Source: Elusimicrobia bacterium GWC2_64_44 | GTDB lineage: Bacteria > Elusimicrobiota > Elusimicrobia > Elusimicrobiales > UBA9959 | Assembly: GCA_001799845.1 (NCBI GenBank) | Contig: MGUG01000040.1 | Coordinates: forward strand, 5,499 to 69,498 | Length of the DNA: 64,000 nucleotides | Direction: 5' to 3' | Part shown: in pieces, positions 25,242-33,517 of the stretch | Numbering within the stretch: the first letter of the stretch is position 1 | Layout: every line of letters starts with the position of its first letter | The notes under the pieces: model-generated | The model's input: only the letters and a program-made list of their open reading frames with translations | The model's database searches: none | What the model was told of the DNA's origin: nothing | Translations under genes and position numbers: made by a program

Positions 25242-26795
25242 CTAGGCCACCCGCACTTCCTCCAGGCGCACGATCCCTTCCTTGTTGAGGACGATCCGGA
25301 TGCGCTCGTAGTGGAGATTCAGCTGCCCTTCCCGGCTGTAATAGGTGTACTTCAGCACCAGGTTCATGTGGTAGACGCGCGCGCAGGAGGCCGAGCGCAC
25401 GGCGCCGTCGGCCGGGTCCACGTAGGGATAGTCCACCTCGGCGTCGTCGGCCTGCTCCACCACCTCGCGGATGTTGAAGCGCATGATATCGTTGAGGTCG
25501 CGGCGCCGCTCGTGGCGCTTCATGATGACCTCGGGGAACAGGAAGATCTCCTTCTTGTACTTCAGCACGCGCTCGGGCTTGCCCTCCTCGTCGACGGAGG
25601 TGATATTGTCTATCCGGCGCAGCCGCGTGATGTCGGGCGGCACGTCGCGCCCGGGGATGAAGGTGACCGCCTCTTTCAGCACGCCGATGCGCGCGCTGCC
25701 CTCGGCCGAGTCCAGGATGTCTATCTTGCGGTCGGAGATCCAGCGCGTGAGGCTCCGGGAGAAGAGCAGCTTCAGCCAGTCCTTGATGCGGTCCTTGAAG
25801 ATGTAGCTGATCACCACGGCCAGCACGAAGGGCATGCTGTCCATGGCGTAGCGCCGCTGGAAGAACAGCGTGACCAGCACGGCGAACAGCATGGCCCCGC
25901 CGGCCGCCAGGCCGAAGAAGACCTGCGTCAGGCTCTCCCACTCTGAGAACTCGGCCTTGAGGTAGAGCACGCCTGACATGAATTTCTTGAGGACGCCGCG
26001 GCGGTAAATGATGGTCTCGTTGGAGGAGCCGGGCACCAGCACCGAAGGGTATTTCATCGCCTGCCGGTAGCGGTTCTGCGCGGTGACGATGGCCAGCACG
26101 CCGGTCTCGACGTCCTTGAACCGCGCCAGGGCCTCGGGGCTCGCGCGCAGCGCCTCTATCAGCGAGGTCAGGTACTCCTCGAGGATGAGGCTTACGTACT
26201 CGTCGAAGAACGCCATGGTCTCGCGCACCTTCACCGGCACGGCCGGGTCCGAGATCTCGGCCTTCAGCGAGGAGAGGGCGGTCTCGAGCCCCTTCAGGTC
26301 GCCCAGGAAATTGCCCAGGCCTTCGCCGACGAACAGCTTGCGCTGCGCGGCGGGCACCGCGTGGCTGTAAGTGGCCAGCCCGTCCACGAAGACCTTCACG
26401 TAGTCGCGGATCTCGCCGCGGATGATGCAGCCCAGCAGGCGCAGCTCGTCGCAGATCTTGTCGGCCAGCTCCGGATCGCCGGCGCCGGCCAGTACCTTGC
26501 CCAGGTCCTCTCGCACGCGGTTGAGCGGCGAGGTGGACAGCGACGGGTCGCACAGCTTGCCTATGCTGATCTTGGGGATGCGCCAGCGGATGTAGCGCTG
26601 GCTGGCGTTGTAGAACTTTTCCTTGCCGTAATTGTGGGGGCCGATGTTGAGGGAGCGCGGTATGAAGAAGTAGGTCTCCACCTCGTAGGAGCTGCGGGCC
26701 GAGGCGTCGAGGTCGATGTCGAGCTTCACCTCGAAGCGGTGCCGGTCGTGCAGCTTTATCCGCGAGTCCAAAATATCGTTCTGGTCTTCTATCAT
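25242..26795 (-). CDS. hypothetical membrane protein (517 aa)
   Basis: Long ORF with central TM pair (FFGLAAGGAMLFAVLVTLFF, MPFVLAVVISYIF); no family recognised. Confidence 0.6.
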   Translation of the reverse strand: MIEDQNDILDSRIKLHDRHRFEVKLDIDLDASARSSYEVETYFFIPRSLNIGPHNYGKEKFYNASQRYIRWRIPKISIGKLCDPSLSTSPLNRVREDLGKVLAGAGDPELADKICDELRLLGCIIRGEIRDYVKVFVDGLATYSHAVPAAQRKLFVGEGLGNFLGDLKGLETALSSLKAEISDPAVPVKVRETMAFFDEYVSLILEEYLTSLIEALRASPEALARFKDVETGVLAIVTAQNRYRQAMKYPSVLVPGSSNETIIYRRGVLKKFMSGVLYLKAEFSEWESLTQVFFGLAAGGAMLFAVLVTLFFQRRYAMDSMPFVLAVVISYIFKDRIKDWLKLLFSRSLTRWISDRKIDILDSAEGSARIGVLKEAVTFIPGRDVPPDITRLRRIDNITSVDEEGKPERVLKYKKEIFLFPEVIMKRHERRRDLNDIMRFNIREVVEQADDAEVDYPYVDPADGAVRSASCARVYHMNLVLKYTYYSREGQLNLHYERIRIVLNKEGIVRLEEVRVA

Positions 26796-26861
26796 AAGAA
26801 TACGGGTGCGCTTATCATTTTATATATATTAGGCCGCCGCCGCCATACTTCCAGGGCCCCG

Positions 26862-26898
26862 CGGGAAAAGCGAAGGACCCCGCTTTGAGGCGGGGCCC
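26862..26898 (-). terminator. rho-independent terminator after the S8 protease gene
   Basis: Minus strand reads gggccccgc-ctcaaa-gcggggtcc followed by ttcgcttttc. Confidence 0.6.
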
Positions 26899-26921
26899 TC
26901 TGCGCGGGAAGCCCGGTGCCC

Positions 26922-28166
26922 TTAAGGGAGCGCGGCCGCCAGGCGCGTAGCCATGGGGACGCCGGCGCCCTGGTGCTCGGACGGCAGGCCCAGGTCGACG
27001 GCCGCTTTGCGCAGCGCGGACATCAGCGCGCGCTCGCCCCTGGCGCCCATGCTCACGGCCAGCGCCGCCAGGCCGGAGATCTGCGGGGCGGCCTGCGAGG
27101 TGCCGGCGGCCGCCATGAACTTGCCGCCCGGATACGCCGAGAAGATCTTATGGCCGGGGGCGATGAAATCTACCTCGGGACCGCGGCAGGAGAAATTAGT
27201 TATCGCGCCGGCGAAGTCCATGGCGGAGACGGCCACGGCGTCCTCGAAGGCCGCCGGGTAATTCACCTTGCCTCCGTCGTTGCCGGCCGCGCAGACCACC
27301 AGCACCCCGGCTTTCCGCGCCGCCTTGACGGCCTTGCCCTGCGCCTCGGAGAAGTTAGGCGAGCCCAGGCTCATGTTGATGACGTCGGGCCGCTGCCTCA
27401 CGGCCCACTCCATGCCTTCTATGATCTGCGAAACCTTGCCGGTGCCGCTGCTGTTAAGCACCTTCACGGGGATGATCTTGGCCTCGGGGGCCAGGCCGGC
27501 CATGCCGCTCCAGTTCAGGGCGCCGGCTATGATGCCGGAGACATGCGTGCCGTGGCCCTTGTCGTCGGCGGGCTCGGCGCGCGGGGTAATTACGTTGTAG
27601 CCGGGCAGGCAGTTTGGCGCCAGGTCGGGATGCCGGCAGTCCACGCCGGTATCCAGCACGGCCACGCGGGCGCCGGCGCCTTTGGCCCGGTCCCAGACAC
27701 GCACCGCGCCCAGTTTCACCACGCTCCAGGGCAGGCGGTCCACCTTGCCTTCGGCGTTGGCGGTGCTGTAGAAGAAGGGGGCTTCGGCCGCGGCGGTGGA
27801 GACCGCCGGCGGCTGGGCGGGCGGCGGCTGAACGGCCGGCGGCTCGCCGGCCCGGAGCGAGGTCTGCGCGGCCTCGAGCGTCAGGGCCCCTTCAGAGGCC
27901 AGCCAGTTAAGCTCCAGGTCGTCTTCGGCGGAGTCCACCCCGCGGGCGCGGGACAGGTCGGCGGCAAGTTTGTCGTCGGGAAAATCGGCCAGCACGCCGT
28001 TGATGAAAGGGAATTCCTTTACTATCCGTCCGCCGCGGCCTTCTATTACTTCGGCGCGGGCGGCGGCGTCCAGGCCTTCGGCGAAGGTCACTATTTTCTG
28101 CCCGGCGGCGGCCGGCAGGGCGAAGGCGAGCGGGAGCAGGAGATTTGCGACTTTTAAGATTTTCAT
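26922..28166 (-). CDS. subtilisin-like serine protease (S8) with I9-type propeptide
   Basis: VAVLDTGVD, HGTHVSG and GTSQAAP catalytic triad motifs; signal peptide. Confidence 0.85.
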   Translation of the reverse strand: MKILKVANLLLPLAFALPAAAGQKIVTFAEGLDAAARAEVIEGRGGRIVKEFPFINGVLADFPDDKLAADLSRARGVDSAEDDLELNWLASEGALTLEAAQTSLRAGEPPAVQPPPAQPPAVSTAAAEAPFFYSTANAEGKVDRLPWSVVKLGAVRVWDRAKGAGARVAVLDTGVDCRHPDLAPNCLPGYNVITPRAEPADDKGHGTHVSGIIAGALNWSGMAGLAPEAKIIPVKVLNSSGTGKVSQIIEGMEWAVRQRPDVINMSLGSPNFSEAQGKAVKAARKAGVLVVCAAGNDGGKVNYPAAFEDAVAVSAMDFAGAITNFSCRGPEVDFIAPGHKIFSAYPGGKFMAAAGTSQAAPQISGLAALAVSMGARGERALMSALRKAAVDLGLPSEHQGAGVPMATRLAAALP

Positions 28167-28174
28167 GAGAGTCT

Positions 28175-28183
28175 ATTTTAGCA
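28175..28183 (-). promoter_or_regulatory. extended -10 TGCTAAAAT, 8 nt before the S8 ATG
   Basis: Minus strand reads cTGCTAAAATagactctcATG; no SD. Confidence 0.35.
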
Positions 28184-28223
28184 GTTTGCGCGGGGACAAA
28201 AACAGCCCGGCCGGCGCGGGACG

Positions 28224-30008
28224 TCAGTCCGCGGCAGGGCCCGGCTTGCCCAGGAAGGAGGTCCCTTTCAGCGGCAGGAAGACGCGCGGGTCTTTTTCCT
28301 TGCTGAAGCTGGTCCTGAAATCGTCCATGAAGAAGTTCAGGTTATACGGTTTGAACTTCACGGTCAGCACCCTGACCATCTTGCGGATCAGGTCTTTCTT
28401 GTCGTGGCCCAGCTTGTCGTAGAGGCAGGACAGCAGGTAGACGTGCTCGTTGCCGATGGCCCGGTAAGAGGCCACCGAGTCTATCTTTGCGGCCACGGCC
28501 CTCACGGACTCCACCACCTGCCGGTTCTTCTCCTCCCAGCCCAGCCCGCCGACCTCCGAGAACTTCATGGAATACTGCTCCACGATCCGGTAGAGGGGGT
28601 AGAAGAAATTCATGAACTGCAGCGGCGGGTAGGGCAGCACTTTCACGCCGAATTTTTTCTGCTCGCGGAAGAAGCGGGAATTGGGGTAGAGGTAGAAGGG
28701 GTTGAGGGTGTAGACGTCGACGAACTCCTTGATGTCGTCTATCAGCGCCAGGTTGGCCGCCACGTCCCGCTGCGTCTCGGTGGGGAAGCCGGCTATCAGC
28801 TCGATGTGGTTCCAGATGCCTATCTTATGCGAGTATTCCAGGAACTTGCGCGCCCGCTCAACGGTGATGCCCTTGTTGATGTAGGCCAGCAGGCGGTCAC
28901 TGCCGCTCTCCACGCCGTAGGTCAGCTTGATGGCGCCGGCGGCGCGCATCTTGTCCAGCAGCCGCTCGTCTAGGACCCGCAGGTTGGCGCAGTCGAACCA
29001 TTTAAGGCCCAGCTTGTACTTCACCAGCTTGTCGCAGAGCTCTTCGGCCCGCTTGTAATAATTGTTGAAGGAGGAATTGACGAAGTAAACGGCGGTGACG
29101 CCCTTCTCTTTGAGCGCCTGCAGCTCGTCTACGACCTGGTCCACGGACTTGATATCCGAGGGCAGCTTGTTGTTGTTCTCGCAGAAGGCGCAGGCGCCGG
29201 GGCAGGTGAGCTCGAAGGCGTAAGAGGCGACCAGGTGCCGCTTGTCGTTAGTTACGAGCTTCTTGATGAAAGGGAAATCGGAATTGTACTTGGAGAAGAT
29301 CTCGGAGTCGTAAGCCTTGTACTTCTCCAGGATGCGGTCGTCGTAGCGCGGCCTGGGCGCGTAGGGCCGGCGCCCTTCGAGCGCGGGATAGTTGCGCAGG
29401 CGCGCGCCGCGGCGCACCACGGTGCCGGTGAAGGCGGCCTTCTGCCCGGCCACGTCCTTCATGATCTCCAGCAGGGCCTTCTCCCCCCAGTCGGCGTAGG
29501 CCCCGTAGTCGAAGCAGGGGTAGCGCCGCATCAGGTAGAAGAAAGCCTCTTTGGGCATGCCCCGGTAGCCGATGACGGTTTTGGCCCCGAACCTGTCGCG
29601 GGCCGCGCGCGCGAGCAGGGCGCAGAAATTTATGATCAGCGGCTCGGCCCGGATGTCCACCAGCGTGACGCCCACCAGGTCGGGCCGGCCCAGGTCCAGC
29701 CCGGCCAGGAGCAGGGCGGCCATGCGGTCCAGCTGCGCCTTCAGCTTGGCCGGCGCGCGGCCGTTGACGTAGGACCAGACCGCGTCCCGGTCGTACATCA
29801 GCGCCAGCTGCGCCTTGGAAAATTTGTATTGGAGCCTGTCGAACCACTCTTTTTCGGCGTCCACCTGCGTAGCCACGCTCCCGGCGCCCATCACGGCGTC
29901 GGCCAGCACCGCTATGGTCATGTTGGGGGGCGGGATGGGTTCGGAGATCTTCTGGTCTCCCGGAGGGTAGACCAGCGCCACGCGCAATTTTTTTTGTGTA
30001 GGCTCCAT
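28224..30008 (-). CDS. B12-binding-domain radical SAM protein
   Basis: Start moved to MEPTQKKLRVALVYPP. CPGACAFC (CX3CX2C). B12-like N-terminal domain layout. Confidence 0.8.
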   Translation of the reverse strand: MEPTQKKLRVALVYPPGDQKISEPIPPPNMTIAVLADAVMGAGSVATQVDAEKEWFDRLQYKFSKAQLALMYDRDAVWSYVNGRAPAKLKAQLDRMAALLLAGLDLGRPDLVGVTLVDIRAEPLIINFCALLARAARDRFGAKTVIGYRGMPKEAFFYLMRRYPCFDYGAYADWGEKALLEIMKDVAGQKAAFTGTVVRRGARLRNYPALEGRRPYAPRPRYDDRILEKYKAYDSEIFSKYNSDFPFIKKLVTNDKRHLVASYAFELTCPGACAFCENNNKLPSDIKSVDQVVDELQALKEKGVTAVYFVNSSFNNYYKRAEELCDKLVKYKLGLKWFDCANLRVLDERLLDKMRAAGAIKLTYGVESGSDRLLAYINKGITVERARKFLEYSHKIGIWNHIELIAGFPTETQRDVAANLALIDDIKEFVDVYTLNPFYLYPNSRFFREQKKFGVKVLPYPPLQFMNFFYPLYRIVEQYSMKFSEVGGLGWEEKNRQVVESVRAVAAKIDSVASYRAIGNEHVYLLSCLYDKLGHDKKDLIRKMVRVLTVKFKPYNLNFFMDDFRTSFSKEKDPRVFLPLKGTSFLGKPGPAAD

Positions 30009-30068
30009 AAGCAGGCCGCGGCGCGGCGCTTTTACCGCCGACCCGACTGGTATGATATAATTTAGTAT

Positions 30069-30096
30069 CCCGCCGCGGCAACAGCGCCACGGCGGG
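30069..30096 (+). promoter_or_regulatory. 5' leader hairpin of the U32 operon
   Basis: cccgccg-N14-cggcggg. The 3' arm abuts GGGAGAG, a possible SD. TATAAT at 30056-30061. Confidence 0.35.
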
Positions 30097-30112
30097 AGAG
30101 CGGCCCATTCCA

Positions 30113-31009
30113 ATGCGCATAACCGTAGGCATAAAATCCTTCAAAGAAGCCGAATATTTCCTCAACCGCGGGGCTGACGAGATCTACTTCAGCCTGAAGT
30201 CGGTGCCGGGCCACCGGCAGGCCGCTTTCGCGAGCGAAAAAGAGCTGCTGGACTCGGTGCGGTTGGCGCGCAAACTCCGCAAGAAGAGCCTGCTCGGCAT
30301 GAACGCCGTCTACCCGCGCGAAAAATACCCGGTGCTGCTGCGGCACGCGCGCAAAATGGTGGACAGCGGCATGGACGGGCTCATCGTGCGCGACCCGGCG
30401 CTGCTCGAGTATTTCAACGCCAAGAATTTCCGCCCTTTCTTCGTGGCCAGCATCCTGTGCGCCTGCTTCAATTCCCAGACCATGGCCTTCTACCAGGCGC
30501 TCGGCGTGCGCCGCTTCGCCTTCCACAGCCAGCTGCTGCCGGCGGACCTTAAGCTGATGCTGGCTAACGCCCCCAAGACCGAGGCCGAGGTCTTCCCACC
30601 CTGCATCTTCCTCGCCGCGAACATTGTGCCCTACTGCCTGTGCCCCTACCCGGAGTCCAGGGACCCGGGCGGCGCCAAGCTGCCCGACCACGCCTGCACC
30701 CTGAAGTACAAATGCGGCGGCCAGGATTTCCGCATGCTCGACTCGGACCTCTATTTCCAGGCCGGCATGTTCTACGATTTCCACAAGATGGGCGTGCAGT
30801 GGCTCAAGGTCCCCCGCCAGCAGAACACGCCCAAGCTGATAGCCGATTTCGAGATAACCCGCTACTTGAACGAGCTGCTGGACAAGGGCACTGACCGGAA
30901 AACTTTCTCGGTGGCGGTGGCGGAGCTGGTGAAGCGCGTGGACATGAACAAATATGGAAAAAGCTATCATTTTAAGCCCTTCCCGGCTGCGCCTGCCCGG
31001 GGCGCTTGA
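30113..31009 (+). CDS. U32-family protein, UbiU-like (copy A1)
   Basis: N-terminal TIM-barrel-like ITVGIKSFKEAEYFLNRGADEIYF; Cys cluster PPC-x10-CLC-x17-C; LKVPRQQNTP resembles U32 KIEGRQRS. Confidence 0.65.
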   Translation: MRITVGIKSFKEAEYFLNRGADEIYFSLKSVPGHRQAAFASEKELLDSVRLARKLRKKSLLGMNAVYPREKYPVLLRHARKMVDSGMDGLIVRDPALLEYFNAKNFRPFFVASILCACFNSQTMAFYQALGVRRFAFHSQLLPADLKLMLANAPKTEAEVFPPCIFLAANIVPYCLCPYPESRDPGGAKLPDHACTLKYKCGGQDFRMLDSDLYFQAGMFYDFHKMGVQWLKVPRQQNTPKLIADFEITRYLNELLDKGTDRKTFSVAVAELVKRVDMNKYGKSYHFKPFPAAPARGA

Positions 31010-31772
31010 GCTGATAAACGGCGCCCGGCTCTACCTCGGCGACGAATTCTGCTTTCACAAACAGCCGACCTACGCCGACTTCGAGGCCGCCCGCGAGCTC
31101 ACGGGCAAAGCCCCGGCGCTGGTCAGCACCCTCCTCACTGAAACCGCCCTGCAGGCCTACGCCGCGCTGCTGGCCAAGTGCGCAAAAAAGGCGCCGGGCA
31201 CCGAGCTGGTGGTCAACGACCTGGGCCTGCTGAATTTCATAGACAAGAATTACCGCGGGCGCTTCAGCGTGACGCTGGGCCGCCTGCTCACCTACCTCTT
31301 CGACCCCAAGAACACGCGCGTGCTGGGCTCCAGGTCCGACGAGGGCCTCACGGGCAGGAAGATGAAGCTCTGGGAGAAAAGCCTGGAAGCCACGCCCACG
31401 CCCTATATCAAGCGCTTCCTGAAGCGCTACGCCGTGGAGCGCGTGGAGACCGACAGCGAGCGCATCTTCCGCAAATACGCGCTGAACACGAAAGTTAAGC
31501 TCTCCTTCTACTCGCCCATGCGCCTGATGGCCATCACCAGGTTCTGCCCGTTCCGCGGCGGCATCTCGCTCGAGTGCAAACAGCCCTGCGGCTCGCGCAG
31601 CCTGGAGATCAAGACCCCGCATTTGGACTACCCGCTTTTCTCCAAGGGCAACGCCTACTTCGTCAAGAACCGGCCTATCTCTCACCCGCGGCTCGACCGC
31701 ACGGTCACCGTGCCCTTCGTGAAGAGCTCCGGGCTCAAGGTCCACATCAACGAGGGCTCCCTCCGGGGCTAG
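30954..31772 (+). CDS. U32-family protein, UbiV-like (copy B1)
   Basis: YLGDEFCFHK resembles UbiV YLGEAVCSKR. C-x9-C-x3-C (CPFRGGISLECKQPC). 56-nt overlap with A1. Confidence 0.6.
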   Translation: MEKAIILSPSRLRLPGALELINGARLYLGDEFCFHKQPTYADFEAARELTGKAPALVSTLLTETALQAYAALLAKCAKKAPGTELVVNDLGLLNFIDKNYRGRFSVTLGRLLTYLFDPKNTRVLGSRSDEGLTGRKMKLWEKSLEATPTPYIKRFLKRYAVERVETDSERIFRKYALNTKVKLSFYSPMRLMAITRFCPFRGGISLECKQPCGSRSLEIKTPHLDYPLFSKGNAYFVKNRPISHPRLDRTVTVPFVKSSGLKVHINEGSLRG

Positions 31773-31775
31773 CGC

Positions 31776-32651
31776 ATGCTGATAACCATCGGTATAAAAT
31801 CCGCCGACGAGGCCGAGTATTTCCTGCGCAACGGCGCGGACGAGATCTACTTCGGTCCCGCCGTACCCAGCCACCGCGCCTCCTTCTCGCAGGAGGCGGA
31901 GGTGCTGGGCGCCATAGCGCTGGCCAAAAAAATGGGTAAGCAGAGCCTGCTGGCCCTCAACGAGATCTACTCGCGCGAGCAGTACGATTTCCTGCTCGAC
32001 CACGCGCGGCGCCTGCAGGCGGCCGGCCTGGGCGGCATAGTGGTACGCGACGTGGCCCTGCTGGAGTTCTTCAACAAGCACCGGCTGCGCACCAACTACG
32101 TGGCCAGCATCATGTGCGCCTCGTTCAACGCGCAGGCCATGGAGTTCTACCGGGACCTGGGCGTGAAGCGCTTCACGCTGCACAGCCAGGTCATGCCCGA
32201 GGACGCGGTCAAAATGGTCAAGCTCGGAGAGACCATCATGTTCGTGCCCTGCCTCTTCCTCGAAGAGAACATCGTGCCCTTCTGCTTCTTCACCTACCCG
32301 GGCGGCGAGGGCGCGTCCAAGGGCAAGGTGCGGCCCTGCAAGATCAGGTTCAAGGCCGGCGGCAAAGATTACCGCATGGTGGAATCCAACCTCTATTTCC
32401 AGGCCGGCCTGCTCTACGATTTCCACAAGCTGGGCGTGAAATGGCTGAAGATACCGCGGCAGCTCAATACCGGCAAGCTGGTGGCCGAGTTCGAGATCAC
32501 GCGCTTCCTGAACCTCCTGCTCGAGAAGGGGCTCGACAGGAAAACCTTTATCATCGCGGTGGCTGAGCTGATGACGAGAACGGATTTGAATAAATATGGA
32601 TCGAGCTATCTTATTAAGCCCGGCGCTGCTCTGCGGGCCCCGAGCGCCTGA
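31776..32651 (+). CDS. U32-family protein, UbiU-like (copy A2, paralog of A1)
   Basis: Collinear with A1 along its whole length, roughly half the residues identical by eye; 3-nt gap after B1. Confidence 0.65.
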   Translation: MLITIGIKSADEAEYFLRNGADEIYFGPAVPSHRASFSQEAEVLGAIALAKKMGKQSLLALNEIYSREQYDFLLDHARRLQAAGLGGIVVRDVALLEFFNKHRLRTNYVASIMCASFNAQAMEFYRDLGVKRFTLHSQVMPEDAVKMVKLGETIMFVPCLFLEENIVPFCFFTYPGGEGASKGKVRPCKIRFKAGGKDYRMVESNLYFQAGLLYDFHKLGVKWLKIPRQLNTGKLVAEFEITRFLNLLLEKGLDRKTFIIAVAELMTRTDLNKYGSSYLIKPGAALRAPSA

Positions 32652-33465
32652 GCTGAAAAAAGGCGCCACGGTCTACCTGGGCGACGAATTCTGCATACAC
32701 AAGCAGGCGTCTTTCGCCGACTTCGCCGCCGCGCGGGAGAAGACCGGCAAGAACCCCGTGCTGGTCAGCACCCTGCTGACCGAGCCCGCCTTCGAAAAAT
32801 ACGCCGCGCTGCTGGCCGAGTGCGCAAAAAAAGCCCCGGGGACCGAGATAGTGGTCAACGACGCCGGGCTGCTGCGCTACATAGACAAGAAGTACCGCGG
32901 CCGCTTCAGCGTGACGCTGGGGCGCCTGATGACCTATTTCTTCGACACCAAGCATACCCGGCTGCCGGGCTGCACCCGCCCCCTGGTCTGGTCGGAAGGT
33001 AAAGGCTGCGCCGGCTGCGCCGGGCTGCGCCCCGGCGAGAAGCGCGGCAAGATCTGGGAGACGGAGCTTGACGCCACGCCGCTCGAGTATATCCGGGAAT
33101 TCCTGAAGCGCTACGGCGTGACCAGGGTAGAGACCGACAGTTCCTATATCTTCAAAAAGTACGCGGCGATAAAGGGCGTGAAGCTCTCCTACTACTACCC
33201 GCTGCGCCTGATGGCCATGACCAGGTTCTGCCCTTTCATGGGCGGCATAGCCCAGCGCTGCGGCGCGCCCTGCGCGGACAGCCTGGTGAAGCTGGAGACC
33301 TGCGAGCTGGACTACAAGCTCTACTCCAAGGGCAACGCCTACTTCGCCAAGAACAGGCTTTTAAAGCATCCCCGGCTGGACCGGCTGGTGACGCTGCCGT
33401 CTACGCCGCTGGCCGGCTTCAAGCCGGCGGTCAACAAGTACTCAAGCCCCGACAAGCCGGTCTGA
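32596..33465 (+). CDS. U32-family protein, UbiV-like (copy B2, paralog of B1)
   Basis: YLGDEFCIHK; CPFMGGIAQRCGAPC; the same 56-nt overlap with A2. Confidence 0.6.
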   Translation: MDRAILLSPALLCGPRAPELKKGATVYLGDEFCIHKQASFADFAAAREKTGKNPVLVSTLLTEPAFEKYAALLAECAKKAPGTEIVVNDAGLLRYIDKKYRGRFSVTLGRLMTYFFDTKHTRLPGCTRPLVWSEGKGCAGCAGLRPGEKRGKIWETELDATPLEYIREFLKRYGVTRVETDSSYIFKKYAAIKGVKLSYYYPLRLMAMTRFCPFMGGIAQRCGAPCADSLVKLETCELDYKLYSKGNAYFAKNRLLKHPRLDRLVTLPSTPLAGFKPAVNKYSSPDKPV

Positions 33466-33517
33466 CCGGACCGGCGGAGTTCCAACGATATATTATTGAT
33501 AGAGGCCGGCGGCGGCC

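Noticed and set aside
30062-32669. ORFs 30062..30970(-) and 30972..32669(-), antisense to the U32 genes.
   Set aside because: The plus-strand products form two collinear paralog pairs with conserved Cys motifs. The antisense products are Ala/Gly/Arg-rich with no motifs.
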